Shown in pieces: positions 27,874-37,376 of a stretch of 64,000 nt of DNA. Position numbers and translations under genes: made by a program. Below the pieces are notes generated by a model, which was not told the DNA's origin, searched no databases, and saw nothing but the letters and a program-made list of their open reading frames with translations. The stretch comes from an uncultured Gammaproteobacteria bacterium. Lineage in GTDB: Bacteria; Pseudomonadota; Gammaproteobacteria; Pseudomonadales; Porticoccaceae. The stretch is taken from contig CALODO010000004.1 in NCBI GenBank assembly GCA_942492235.1, positions 85,571 through 149,570 on the forward strand, read 5' to 3'. Within the stretch, counting starts at the first letter, position 1, and every line of letters begins with the position of its first letter.

Positions 27874-28755
27874 TTGAACAAGCTCATCATCGAAGCTCGT
27901 ATCAACGAATATGCTGAGCGAGACCACAACCCCCATGTCCCGTGGTCACCGGAAGAAATTGCTGAGGCAGCGACTCAATGTCGGGAAGCAGGGGCGTCGA
28001 TCGTCCACTTCCATGCCCGCAATAAAGACGGTGGCCCTGAGCATGACGTAGCGGTTTATGCTGATATTATCCGCCGCATTAAGGCAGGCAGTGACATTTT
28101 GATTCATCCGACACTAGGGGCTTTTGCCAATGATGGTGATGCCTCCGAAAGAATTCAGCCAATTTTGGAACTCGCCAAAGATCCAGCAACCCGACCCCAC
28201 TTCGCGCCCCTCGATATGGGCACCACCAATATCGATGCCTATAACCCCGTGGTAAAAGGCTTCCGCAGTAACGAGGCGGTGTATTTAAACACCACCAAAA
28301 CCCTGCTGCATTTTGCCGAGCAATTGAAGGCGGTTCAGGTCAGACCCTACGCTTCCCTGTGGAATATCGGTTTTACCCGGCAGTTTTTGGCCTTTATCGA
28401 TATGGGTGCAATTGCAGAACCCGCATTTGCCAGCCTGATTATGACCGGTGACGACCTGCCATCTGCCCATCCCGGCACGGAGCAAGGGCTGGATGCCCAC
28501 AGTATGTTTATTCCGGAGAATCGCAATATCCACTGGACAGCGATGAATCATGGCGGTGATTTGCTAGCCCTCACACCAAAGATTATTCGCGAGGGTGGGC
28601 ATATCTCCATCGGGCTGGGCGACTGGCCTTATCTTGAACTCGGCTTACCAACCAACGCCGAGGTAGTCGGCCAAGTCAGTGAATTATCGCGCTCCGTGGG
28701 TCGGGAGGTCGCCACACCGGCTGAGACTGCTGAAACCCTGGGCGTGAAAATTTGA
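27874..28755 (+). CDS. beta-keto acid cleavage enzyme (BKACE / 3-keto-5-aminohexanoate cleavage enzyme family, DUF849)
   Basis: 293 aa. N-terminal IIEARINEY...PHVPWSPEEIAEAATQCREAGASIVHFHAR carries the HxH zinc motif. TTG start 7 nt after GAGG. Confidence 0.8.
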   Translation: MNKLIIEARINEYAERDHNPHVPWSPEEIAEAATQCREAGASIVHFHARNKDGGPEHDVAVYADIIRRIKAGSDILIHPTLGAFANDGDASERIQPILELAKDPATRPHFAPLDMGTTNIDAYNPVVKGFRSNEAVYLNTTKTLLHFAEQLKAVQVRPYASLWNIGFTRQFLAFIDMGAIAEPAFASLIMTGDDLPSAHPGTEQGLDAHSMFIPENRNIHWTAMNHGGDLLALTPKIIREGGHISIGLGDWPYLELGLPTNAEVVGQVSELSRSVGREVATPAETAETLGVKI

Positions 28756-28832
28756 GGATCGGATCTCGGTTATCGCATTTACTAAAAACAAAAACTAAAG
28801 CGAAAAGCAGGAAACAGTAATCCGAACCCGGT

Positions 28833-28863
28833 AAAAAAGCCGACAGGATATGTCGGCTTTTTT
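28833..28863. terminator. bidirectional rho-independent terminator between the convergent BKACE and acyl-CoA dehydrogenase genes
   Basis: AAAAAAGCCGACA-GGATA-TGTCGGCTTTTTT, a perfect hairpin flanked by A and T runs. Confidence 0.8.
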
Positions 28864-28935
28864 ACGTTTTGAGGGCACCCTTTGCCTCTCCTGTCTCTGA
28901 AAACACCTCATCCTGAGACTATTTTTACACCATCC

Positions 28936-30096
28936 CTATTTATACGCTACGCCAATCGAACCGATTTTTTCGCGGGTAATGATAGTCTTCATAATTTGCG
29001 CGGTGCCGTCACCGATCTGTAAACCCATAACATCCATCATACGCTGATGGTGGGGCATTTCGGTGGTGTATCCATAGTGGCCATTGAGCAGAATGCAATT
29101 TTGAATTACATCGGTAGCCAGTTTCGGTCCCATCCATTTCACCATCGCCGCCTCGCTGGTGTGGGGTAGGCCTTTGTCGCGCATCATCAAGCCCTGATGG
29201 CACAACGCTCGCACGGCGGCCATCTTGCCTTCGTGTTCGGCCAGAGGAAAAGTGGTGCCCTGAAACTTGGCCAGGGGCCGTCCAAAGGCTTCCCGATCCT
29301 GTATATGCTGCCAGGTCTCATCCACCGAGGCCTGAGCAGTACCCAGACACTGCAGAGCAATCAGCATGCGGCTGAGGTCGAAACCCTCCATCACTTTGGT
29401 GAAGCCTTCACCTTCATTGCCCAATAAAGCGCTCTCTGGAATGGCAACATCATCAAAAAAGACCTGACCACGGCCCACGGGGCGGGTCCCAATATCATCA
29501 AAGTGGGTGCAGGTGACACCGGGTAAATCCAGCGGTGCTAAGAATGCTGATACTCCGCGCGCGCCAGGTTTGTTTTGATCAGTGCGAGCAAAGAGCAACA
29601 TCATTTCCGCCTGATCACCATAACTGATAGAAGTCTTCTCGCCGTTAATTACATATTTATCGCCCTTTTTTTCGGCTTTGACAATCAGGTTCGCTGCATC
29701 AGACCCACCGCGAGGCTCGGTCAGACCTAGTTGCACGATCAATTCACCTGCCGCCATTTTTGGCAATACATCTTCTTTCATGACTTCGTTGCCGTATTTT
29801 TCAATCACCCCACCAATTAAGGGCGTGGTCATACAGATGTAGCTCATACTCAGATCAGCGTAGGCGATAGCCTCGCAGATCACCCCTGACAACAAACTGG
29901 TCGAGCCGATACCACCGTAGTCTTCACCAAAGGTCGGTGCGATTAATCCCAACGCGCCCATTTCTTTGAGCAGTTTACGATCAAGGTGGTGGTCATTGCA
30001 GCGGCCCTGATACCCGTCTTTAAGTCGCTCGCGAGCAAAGCGCTCGGCAGTATCTTTGATAAACAAATCTTCTTCGGATAACCAGGGCATAGTCAT
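28936..30096 (-). CDS. acyl-CoA dehydrogenase
   Basis: ACAD three-domain layout (LTEPRGGSDA, GEKTSISYG, C-terminal GDGTAQIMKTIITRE). Start set at ATG 30096 (MTMPWL), which has AGGAG 6 nt upstream; the track ORF extends 11 codons further. Confidence 0.9.
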   Translation of the reverse strand: MTMPWLSEEDLFIKDTAERFARERLKDGYQGRCNDHHLDRKLLKEMGALGLIAPTFGEDYGGIGSTSLLSGVICEAIAYADLSMSYICMTTPLIGGVIEKYGNEVMKEDVLPKMAAGELIVQLGLTEPRGGSDAANLIVKAEKKGDKYVINGEKTSISYGDQAEMMLLFARTDQNKPGARGVSAFLAPLDLPGVTCTHFDDIGTRPVGRGQVFFDDVAIPESALLGNEGEGFTKVMEGFDLSRMLIALQCLGTAQASVDETWQHIQDREAFGRPLAKFQGTTFPLAEHEGKMAAVRALCHQGLMMRDKGLPHTSEAAMVKWMGPKLATDVIQNCILLNGHYGYTTEMPHHQRMMDVMGLQIGDGTAQIMKTIITREKIGSIGVAYK

Positions 30097-30205
30097 ATAA
30101 ATCTCCTCGTAATAGGTAATAAGAGGCAATTAAGCCCGCTTTGGTAGTGTGCGCCTTTAATGTCTGATATTAGCTGTTGAGGTTATCCGTCACGAACGGG
30201 TTTGA

Positions 30206-31840
30206 TTAACGAATTGTTTTCGCAATTTCCCGCAATTCAAATTTCTGAATCTTACCACTGGCGGTACGGGGCATCTCACTGAGAATTTCAAGATGCTCCG
30301 GCAGATAATTTTTGGCCAGCTTGTTGTCCTTAAGAAACTCGATCATTTCGTTAAAAGTCATTGTCGCGCCGTCTTTCAAAGTGGCAAAGCAACAGCCCAG
30401 CTCTCCGAGTCTGTCATCGGGCATGGCAACGACAGCGCAATCAACCACGTCAGGGTGGGTGTAGAGCAGATTCTCAACTTCTACGATGGGTATATTTTCG
30501 CCTCCGCGAATAATAATGTCCTTCGAACGTCCAGTGATGCGAATATAACCATCGGCATCCATGGTGGCGAGATCTCCGGTGTCAAAGAAGCCATCTCCAT
30601 CGACATCATAAGCTTCGGGCTTTTTTAGATAACCAATAAAAGTCGCCGGGCCACGTTCCAACAAGCGCCCCTCTACCCCAACAGGTACAGGCTGGCGATT
30701 CTCGTCGACAACCTTCACAGTACAACCCGGCACCGCTACACCATCGGTACCAAACACTTTATCTTTGGGATCATCAAGCCTGGTTGTGGTCGCTACACCA
30801 CACTCACTCATGCCCCAAACCGCCATCAAGTGAATATCGAGATGTTCAGCAGCCGTCTCGGCTAACACGCGGGGAATCGGTGCGCCACCACAGACAAACA
30901 ATCGAAAGCGCGATGAATTACATTCTTCGACACGATCAGAGTTGGTCAGGTCAGCCAGGAAAGGGGTTGCGCCCATGGCAAAAGAAGCCTGCTCGTCAGC
31001 AATCAGTTGCCAACCGGTATTGACGTTCCAGACATCAAGCAAAATCATTTTAGTTTTCAGCATCATCGGCATCCACATGCCGTACATAAAGCCAGTCAGG
31101 TGGGCCAGCGGAGAACCCATCAGGACATTATCGTCCCGACTAAGCTTACAGCGCCCGATCATCGTGTGAACGTTGTAAACAAAGGTATTAGCGCAATGCA
31201 TCACACCTTTGGGCATACCGGTAGTCCCGGAGGTATACATTAGTAAAATCACGTCGAGTGGGTTGAGCTGACGTTCCCTGAATAAAACGTCCGGATCAGT
31301 GGACAAAGAGTGGTTAAGCAAATGATCCTCGAAACTACTGTCGCCCTCGCCACCCACTGCGAACAAATGCTGTAAGTGGGGTAGTTGCTCACGCATATTA
31401 TTGATCATCACTTCATGATCAAAGCCACGAAATAGTTTGGGCACGATCAAGATTTTTGATTCGGCAAAATCCACCATAAAAGACAATTCCCGCTCTCGAA
31501 AAATCGGCATCAACGGGTTGCTAACTGCACCAATACGCAAACACGCGAGGTTGACGGCAACAAACTGCCACCAGTTGGGCAGTTGAAAAGACACCACATC
31601 CTGTTTTTCGATACCGTAATGCGCAAGGGCAACAGCGATACGCCGAGAACGCTGATCGAGCTCCCGATAGGTAACAATAATTTTCTCACCAGTTTCGGTG
31701 CGAAAATCCACTACAGCAACTTCATCAGGACATTCAGCCAGCGCAGTGTCGAAATAATCCAGCAGGTTTTCATCACGCCACCAGCCTTCACTGCGCATCG
31801 CCTCAATTCTTTGCCTTGGAATAATGGGGTCTACAATCAC
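30206..31840 (-). CDS. AMP-dependent acyl-CoA synthetase/ligase
   Basis: 544 aa. AMP-binding motif MYTSGTTGMPKGV, FDTGDLA, SGKIQKFELR. GTG start 6 nt after AGGAG. Confidence 0.9.
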   Translation of the reverse strand: MIVDPIIPRQRIEAMRSEGWWRDENLLDYFDTALAECPDEVAVVDFRTETGEKIIVTYRELDQRSRRIAVALAHYGIEKQDVVSFQLPNWWQFVAVNLACLRIGAVSNPLMPIFRERELSFMVDFAESKILIVPKLFRGFDHEVMINNMREQLPHLQHLFAVGGEGDSSFEDHLLNHSLSTDPDVLFRERQLNPLDVILLMYTSGTTGMPKGVMHCANTFVYNVHTMIGRCKLSRDDNVLMGSPLAHLTGFMYGMWMPMMLKTKMILLDVWNVNTGWQLIADEQASFAMGATPFLADLTNSDRVEECNSSRFRLFVCGGAPIPRVLAETAAEHLDIHLMAVWGMSECGVATTTRLDDPKDKVFGTDGVAVPGCTVKVVDENRQPVPVGVEGRLLERGPATFIGYLKKPEAYDVDGDGFFDTGDLATMDADGYIRITGRSKDIIIRGGENIPIVEVENLLYTHPDVVDCAVVAMPDDRLGELGCCFATLKDGATMTFNEMIEFLKDNKLAKNYLPEHLEILSEMPRTASGKIQKFELREIAKTIR

Positions 31841-31901
31841 GACTATCTCCTACAATATTTTTTAGAGGCTACATCAACGGCGCGGCTCCAGGAGCCGGGC
31901 C

Positions 31902-32456
31902 TCATTCATTGATAATAAAATGCTCGCGGTAATAAGCGAGTTCGGCAATAGAATCCTTGATATCGTCCATCGCGAGATGAGAACCCTTCTTGCGAAAGCC
32001 ACTGAGTAATTCTGGTCGCCAGCGCGTCACCAGCTCCTTGATGCTACTGACATCGAGGTTGCGGTAGTGGAAGAAGTTTTCCAGGGCGGGCATTTCGCGG
32101 GCTAAAAAACGACGATCCTGGCAAATCGAATTACCACTCATGGGGGATTTCCCCGGCGGCACCCAAACCTTGAGAAAGTCGATGGTTTGCCGCTCAGCTT
32201 CTCGGGCAGTCAAGGTACTGTTACGAACCCGATCCGTTAACCCGGATTGACCATGTTGGCGGGTATTCCAGTCGTCCATGCCATCAAGCAGTTCATCGCT
32301 CCGATGGACCGCCAACATTGGACCCTCGGCAAGCACATTAAGATTCTTGTCAGTTACCAATGTTGCGATTTCAATAATGAAATCCCTGGCAGTATCAAGT
32401 CCGGTCATTTCCAGGTCAATCCAGATAAGATTTAGTTCATCCATTTTCGTATCCAT
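31902..32456 (-). CDS. orn: oligoribonuclease
   Basis: 184 aa. [13 protein letters not shown]...[10 protein letters not shown]...[11 protein letters not shown]...[21 protein letters not shown] closely matches E. coli Orn. ATG 32444 is a possible alternative start. Confidence 0.95.
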   Translation of the reverse strand: MDTKMDELNLIWIDLEMTGLDTARDFIIEIATLVTDKNLNVLAEGPMLAVHRSDELLDGMDDWNTRQHGQSGLTDRVRNSTLTAREAERQTIDFLKVWVPPGKSPMSGNSICQDRRFLAREMPALENFFHYRNLDVSSIKELVTRWRPELLSGFRKKGSHLAMDDIKDSIAELAYYREHFIINE

Positions 32457-32558
32457 ATGGTACCGGGTCAGTTAGCATCAAATCTCACAGCGAATTCTTA
32501 GCCAGGGGAGCCTTCAGCGAAAAAGGCCTTCCGCATAAAGAACCACCTGGAAAGTAAT

Positions 32559-33626
32559 TTAGTCACCGAGGTTTTCCCTGGCAACCCGCAAGACATTTTC
32601 CAGATGCCGGATACGATCTTCTGCCTGATGGAGCGCTGATTTATCATCACTTCCGTCCGATACACCTTCTTCGACTAGCTTGGTGCTGGCTTTAACCTGA
32701 TCTTTAAGCAAACTCAATTCCTTTTCAAGGGCACCAATTTTTTCTGCTCGCTCAGCTTTATCAAAGATTGAATACTCGGGCTCGCGGATCTCGTCTATCC
32801 CGACAACTTTTGATCTGGCCGGTGCGATTTTACGATCGCCCTCAAGCATACGTCGCTGATTGATAAAAGCGGGAGACACAATTTCTATGCCAGCGCCATG
32901 TAGTTGATCGAGTAAAGCCTTGTGCAGACGGGTTCGTAAACTCAGTATGTGTTTTACCTCAGCGCAAAAGCCAGCTATCTTATAGGTAATAGCATCGTCA
33001 CCCAGGACTAAAATCTGCATGAAAGGCTCCTCTAAACCGGCATCGATGCCCGCCTGCCTGGCTAACGGCTCCACTTTATAATAAGGCACATCGTAACCCA
33101 GTGATAATTCACAGGAAACTACCGTCCCAGAAGCACGTACGACCTTTACTGGGTGCGTGGTTAAATAGAGGTTAGGCAGGGTAATCAAGTCCCGTTCCTC
33201 GGACTGTATTTCAGTGTGAAATAAACCACGCTCCGTAACTCGACCAAAATGTTCGTTGACGCGCACGAAATCACCAAGATTAAAGCTTTTGACTATACGG
33301 AGCATAAAGCCGGCCATAGCATTAGAGACAAAGGTAGTCGAGGACAAAGCAAAAACACCAGTGAGGACAAGGCCAAGTAAACCTAGCAGGTCACCCCGCG
33401 CTGCCTCGGAAACGGGTAACGCCAGAATCACCGAAATCAAAGCAATAACGGTAAGTACTAGCAGGCTTATCTGTCGAAACAGGGGTGAGGATCGATGATC
33501 TGGCCGCCGGATTAACATCTGATGCGCAAACCTCAACACCGCAACAGAGACCACCACAACAATTAGCAGTGGCAGATACTCTTTCAGTAAGTCAAAAATG
33601 GCATTTTGCAAAGTTGCTGGATCCAA
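32559..33626 (-). CDS. mechanosensitive ion channel (MscS family) protein
   Basis: 355 aa. Three N-terminal TM helices, then the MscS beta-domain pattern (NLGDFVRVNEHFGRVTERGLFHTEIQSEERDLITLPN). Confidence 0.8.
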   Translation of the reverse strand: MDPATLQNAIFDLLKEYLPLLIVVVVSVAVLRFAHQMLIRRPDHRSSPLFRQISLLVLTVIALISVILALPVSEAARGDLLGLLGLVLTGVFALSSTTFVSNAMAGFMLRIVKSFNLGDFVRVNEHFGRVTERGLFHTEIQSEERDLITLPNLYLTTHPVKVVRASGTVVSCELSLGYDVPYYKVEPLARQAGIDAGLEEPFMQILVLGDDAITYKIAGFCAEVKHILSLRTRLHKALLDQLHGAGIEIVSPAFINQRRMLEGDRKIAPARSKVVGIDEIREPEYSIFDKAERAEKIGALEKELSLLKDQVKASTKLVEEGVSDGSDDKSALHQAEDRIRHLENVLRVARENLGD

Positions 33627-33687
33627 TGTTATCGCGGCACATTATGCTATAAGCTGAGCAGCCGTGACAGCCGCAGACGACAGGGCC

Positions 33688-34701
33688 ATGGTTAAGTCAA
33701 AGCTCACCTTGCAACAACAAAAGCGCATACGCGACAAAAAATCCCGCGCCCTGTCGACACCAAAGACCGATCGCGTGCTTGAGCAACTTCTTGCCTCCAG
33801 CGAGCTGGGACCAGAACAAAAAGGCACCGTCGTGACCCGTTACAGCAACCAGGCTGACATAATGTCAGAACTCATACCAGATAGCCCTCTGCGCCGTTGT
33901 TATTTCCGATCTCACCTTGAATCCCTGGTTACTGGCGATCGGGTGATCTGGCGTGACGGCAATCCAAACGGGGTAGTCTCTGCCGTATTACCCAGAACCA
34001 GCCAACTGGAACGTCCCGATAATCGCGGCAATATCCGAACCGTGGTGGCAAATATAGATTACATCCTGATTGTGGTGGCACCCGAACCCGAACCCTACGG
34101 TGAGTTAATTGACCGTTATCTTGTCGCCAGTGAACATCATCAGATTTCACCAATTATTATTCTTAACAAAAGTGATCTGGATACGGAACGGGTTTCCCAG
34201 GTAGCGACTATGCTGGCATCGTACAAAGATCTGAGCTATCCGGTCGTAACCGTGTCTGCTAAGACTGGTGAAGGGATCGATCAGCTAAGTACTTTACTCA
34301 CCCACCGAACCAGTGTCTTTGTTGGGCAATCTGGCGTCGGTAAGTCATCGATTATCAATACTCTGTGCCCGCCGGCCCAGGCTACAACTGCCAGGCTATC
34401 AACCGCTAAAACAAAAGGCCGTCACACCACCACCACAGCAGATCTGTATTTATTACCCGGCGGCGGAAGTATTATAGACTCACCGGGCATTCGGGAATTT
34501 GGACTAATACACCTCGATCAACAACAACTGGCCAGGGGTTTTATTGAATTTAGAGCTTTTCTGGGCCGATGCCGGTTTCGTAACTGTAGCCATAAAGATG
34601 ATCCTGACTGCGCTCTACGTAATGCCTGCGAAGAGGGCGAAATATTGGTCCGGCGCTTCGAAAGTTATCACAGAATTAGAGCAAGCCTGGACTATGTATA
34701 A
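33688..34701 (+). CDS. rsgA: ribosome small-subunit-dependent GTPase A
   Basis: MVKSKLTLQQQKRI aligns with the E. coli RsgA N-terminus, so the start is set at ATG 33688 (the track ORF begins at GTG 33664). GQSGVGKSS P-loop, NKSDL, and a C-terminal zinc knuckle CRFRNCSHKDDPDC. Confidence 0.92.
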   Translation: MVKSKLTLQQQKRIRDKKSRALSTPKTDRVLEQLLASSELGPEQKGTVVTRYSNQADIMSELIPDSPLRRCYFRSHLESLVTGDRVIWRDGNPNGVVSAVLPRTSQLERPDNRGNIRTVVANIDYILIVVAPEPEPYGELIDRYLVASEHHQISPIIILNKSDLDTERVSQVATMLASYKDLSYPVVTVSAKTGEGIDQLSTLLTHRTSVFVGQSGVGKSSIINTLCPPAQATTARLSTAKTKGRHTTTTADLYLLPGGGSIIDSPGIREFGLIHLDQQQLARGFIEFRAFLGRCRFRNCSHKDDPDCALRNACEEGEILVRRFESYHRIRASLDYV

Positions 34702-34831
34702 AGGTCCAAATATCAGGACCAAAAACAATAACCCTGCAACACTCTGCCCAAATCACCGTACAATAGCGTCGAACGATCCTCCGGCTTTCTGGCAGTCAAA
34801 GCCTGCGGGCACCAACTTAGAACCTGCGTCT

Positions 34832-35726
34832 ATGAGTACTAGCGTGAACAGTATCAAAGATAAGCTTTTCTGTGGTCTACAGTACCTGTTGCCACAACAT
34901 CTACTGTCTCGGCTGGGCGCTGGCCTGGCTGAGTCAAAATTACCCTGGCTCAAAAATTTCCTGATCAGGATTTTCAGCAAGAAATTCCAGGTTAATATGA
35001 ACGAGGCTTACGACCAGAATTTAGACGCCTACCCCTGTTTCAATGATTTTTTTACCCGAGCGCTGAAGCCAGATGCCCGCCCCATTGCCACTGATGCCAA
35101 TGTGCTAATCTCACCCGCCGATGGCACTATCAGCCAGTGCGGAGCTATTACTGATGGGCAGTTAATCCAGGCCAAAGGCCTTAGCTATCTTGCAAGTGAT
35201 CTGATCGACGATAAAGCGATTGCTCTGCAGTTCCAATGTGGCAAATTTATTACCACCTATCTTTCTCCAGGGGATTACCATCGGGTACATATGCCGCTAT
35301 CAGGGAGACTACTACATTCTCAGTATATTCCTGGAAAGCTGTTTTCCGTCAATACCGCGAGGGCCTCGCTGATTCCCGAATTATTCGCCCGAAATGAACG
35401 CTTGGTGTGCGTGTTTGAATCCCAGCAAAGGTCCATTTGCACTTGTCATGGTCGGAGCGATGATGGTCGCAGGTATTGAAAGTGTATGGCATGGCAACTA
35501 TTTACCGCGCAAACCCATCGTTTGCAATCATAGAAATATTCACAATAACAGGTCATCTGGATTTGAAAAAGGAGCCGAAATTGGACGCTTTAAATTTGGC
35601 TCTACAGTGATTTTGTTGTTACCTGATCAAACACGTCTGGAAGCTAAGCTGGCACCTGGACTGGCTGTCCAGATGGGTGAAAGCATCGCTATGTCATTGG
35701 CCAACGAATTCAGCCAGACTAGCTAA
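34832..35726 (+). pseudogene. psd: phosphatidylserine decarboxylase proenzyme, reading frame broken by an apparent 1-nt insertion near 35421-35426
   Basis: The N-terminal ~195 aa (MSTSVNSIKDKLF...FARNERLVCVFES) lie in one frame. The C-terminal part (KGPFALVMVGAMMVAGIESVW...GRFKFGSTVILL, with the LGST-type self-cleavage site) lies in the +1 frame. Deleting one nt restores a gap-free match to E. coli Psd. Confidence 0.85.
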
Positions 35727-35768
35727 ATCCCCCGACTGGCTTGTCAGCCGGATCTCCAAATCTGATTC

Positions 35769-37172
35769 CTAATTCAATCTCGCGAACCCGATTTTACCTC
35801 GTACGGACGACCAGAATCCTTCTTTAGATTCCGTTGTGTCATTCATAAACAGTGTCGATACGTTTGCCAAATCAATATCGTAGCCCGTAGGTTCCAGGTC
35901 TCGAGCAATTGCTATCCGGTCGGCATCCTGTAATCGGGTCCCATCAGTTTGACTAAGCGCTTCGCGGGTCTTCTCTTCGTCCTTGAGATCGATCAAAAAG
36001 ATATTGTCGTTCAAATCATCAGCACTTCGACCAAGAATTGCGACTTGTGGGGTAAGACGGGATTGAGGGTGTTGTTCAACGATAACACCAATATCCCCAG
36101 TTGTAAGTTCGACAAGGGTCCCGGTGGGATACAGACCCACCGACTGAATAAATTGAACCACCAGGTCTTCCTGAAACTCTTCACCGCGCATGTTGTAAAG
36201 CAGGCTTACTGCTCTTGAAGGCGCTGCTGGCTTATCGCTTTGTCTGGGATTACTGATAGTATCGTAGGTAGTGGCAATACCAGCAATTCTTGCCAGCAGA
36301 GGTATTTTTGTCCCCGATATTCTTTCGGGGAAACCTTGGCCATTGTGGCGCTCAGCGTGATAACGCACGATTGAAATAACCCGGGGCTCAATATTACGAG
36401 TGTTACGCAACAGTTCAACACCATAGGACACGTACTGATGATACTCATGGTTTTCTTCTTCAGTCCTGTTTTGTTTACGCAACAGGGCGTTACTCAATTT
36501 AGTTTTACCGATATCTTTCAGCAAAGTACCCAGGCACAATACTGAAATTTCCCGTCTATCCATACCGATGAAGCGGGCGAACTGTACCGCCCACAATGCT
36601 GATCGTAAGCTGTGGTCATGGGTATGTTGGTCTTTATCTCGCAAGCGCACCAGCCAGGTAAATGCGTCCGGACAGCGCAGTACGCTCTCCACCATCCCCC
36701 CAACATTTTCTTTCAATTTATCGTAATCCTCCAACTTGCCTCGGGCGATTTGGCGGCTTACCAACGACAAATTAGCTCGCAGATCTCGAACGATGTGCTT
36801 TGCCTGCTCAACCTCGACACGTAAGGACGCTTTAACATCGTAGACCCCTTTGCGGACATTGATGGGCGGGCTATCATCAACAACCGGGTGGTCCCTCGAA
36901 GATTGCCGCCGACCTGGGCTGGTCGGTCTGAACTGCGCACGTCGATCACTCCGGGGCAACACCACGCCAGTAGCGTCGAGTACACCTCGGCCCTTAGTTA
37001 CATCGATATAAACATAATCACAATAACTTTTTAGTGACGCGATATCTTCACTGGCCCTGATATGAAAACCCTGCAATGGGAAAGGCGTATTTTTCCATGG
37101 CCGGTCTAAACGCGATACATACATACCTAAAGTCAGATCCGATACGCTAATTTGGATTTGGGAAATGGCCAT
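35769..37172 (-). CDS. DUF3391 + HD-GYP-family domain protein (degenerate metal-binding motifs)
   Basis: 467 aa. N-terminal LTLGMYVSRLDRPWKNTPFPLQGF is DUF3391-like. The C-terminal domain reads LLKDIGK ... YHAERHNGQGFPE where the family has LHDIGK ... HHExxDGxGYP. Confidence 0.8.
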   Translation of the reverse strand: MAISQIQISVSDLTLGMYVSRLDRPWKNTPFPLQGFHIRASEDIASLKSYCDYVYIDVTKGRGVLDATGVVLPRSDRRAQFRPTSPGRRQSSRDHPVVDDSPPINVRKGVYDVKASLRVEVEQAKHIVRDLRANLSLVSRQIARGKLEDYDKLKENVGGMVESVLRCPDAFTWLVRLRDKDQHTHDHSLRSALWAVQFARFIGMDRREISVLCLGTLLKDIGKTKLSNALLRKQNRTEEENHEYHQYVSYGVELLRNTRNIEPRVISIVRYHAERHNGQGFPERISGTKIPLLARIAGIATTYDTISNPRQSDKPAAPSRAVSLLYNMRGEEFQEDLVVQFIQSVGLYPTGTLVELTTGDIGVIVEQHPQSRLTPQVAILGRSADDLNDNIFLIDLKDEEKTREALSQTDGTRLQDADRIAIARDLEPTGYDIDLANVSTLFMNDTTESKEGFWSSVRGKIGFARLN

Positions 37173-37376
37173 CGTTGTTTAGCACTCTTGCAAACTGCTC
37201 CGTTATACCTCGCCAGAAACCAAATCGGTAATCAGTATTAATTTGCTACCCGACCTAGCGTATATCACCAACTGGAATTGGTCTGTAGGCTAAAGAGTAA
37301 CCCTCATATCGCCAAATGCAAGACGATTTACCCGGCCGGCAGTTTTAGGTGACAAGCGCTCATTTCAAGGCGCATT

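Noticed and set aside
21018-31840. Possibility that the LuxA-like LLM plus the AMP-ligase and other genes form a cryptic lux (bioluminescence) system
   Set aside because: There is no luxC reductase or luxD thioesterase. The AMP-ligase is a generic acyl-CoA synthetase 6 kb away on a separate transcription unit, and the gene order is unlike luxCDABE.
19830-31900. tRNA-anchored genomic island spanning the kinase-to-acyl-CoA-synthetase region
   Set aside because: There is no integrase, transposase, conjugation or phage gene. I did not spot a direct repeat of the tRNA 3' end downstream. By eye the base composition resembles the flanking core genes. Only the small HTH-like remnant at 20049-20240 hints at past mobility.
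34544-34831. N-terminal 96-codon extension of the psd ORF overlapping the 3' end of rsgA
   Set aside because: Homology to Psd begins at MSTSVNSIKDKLF (ATG 34832). The upstream part overlaps rsgA coding sequence in another frame and is just an open frame.
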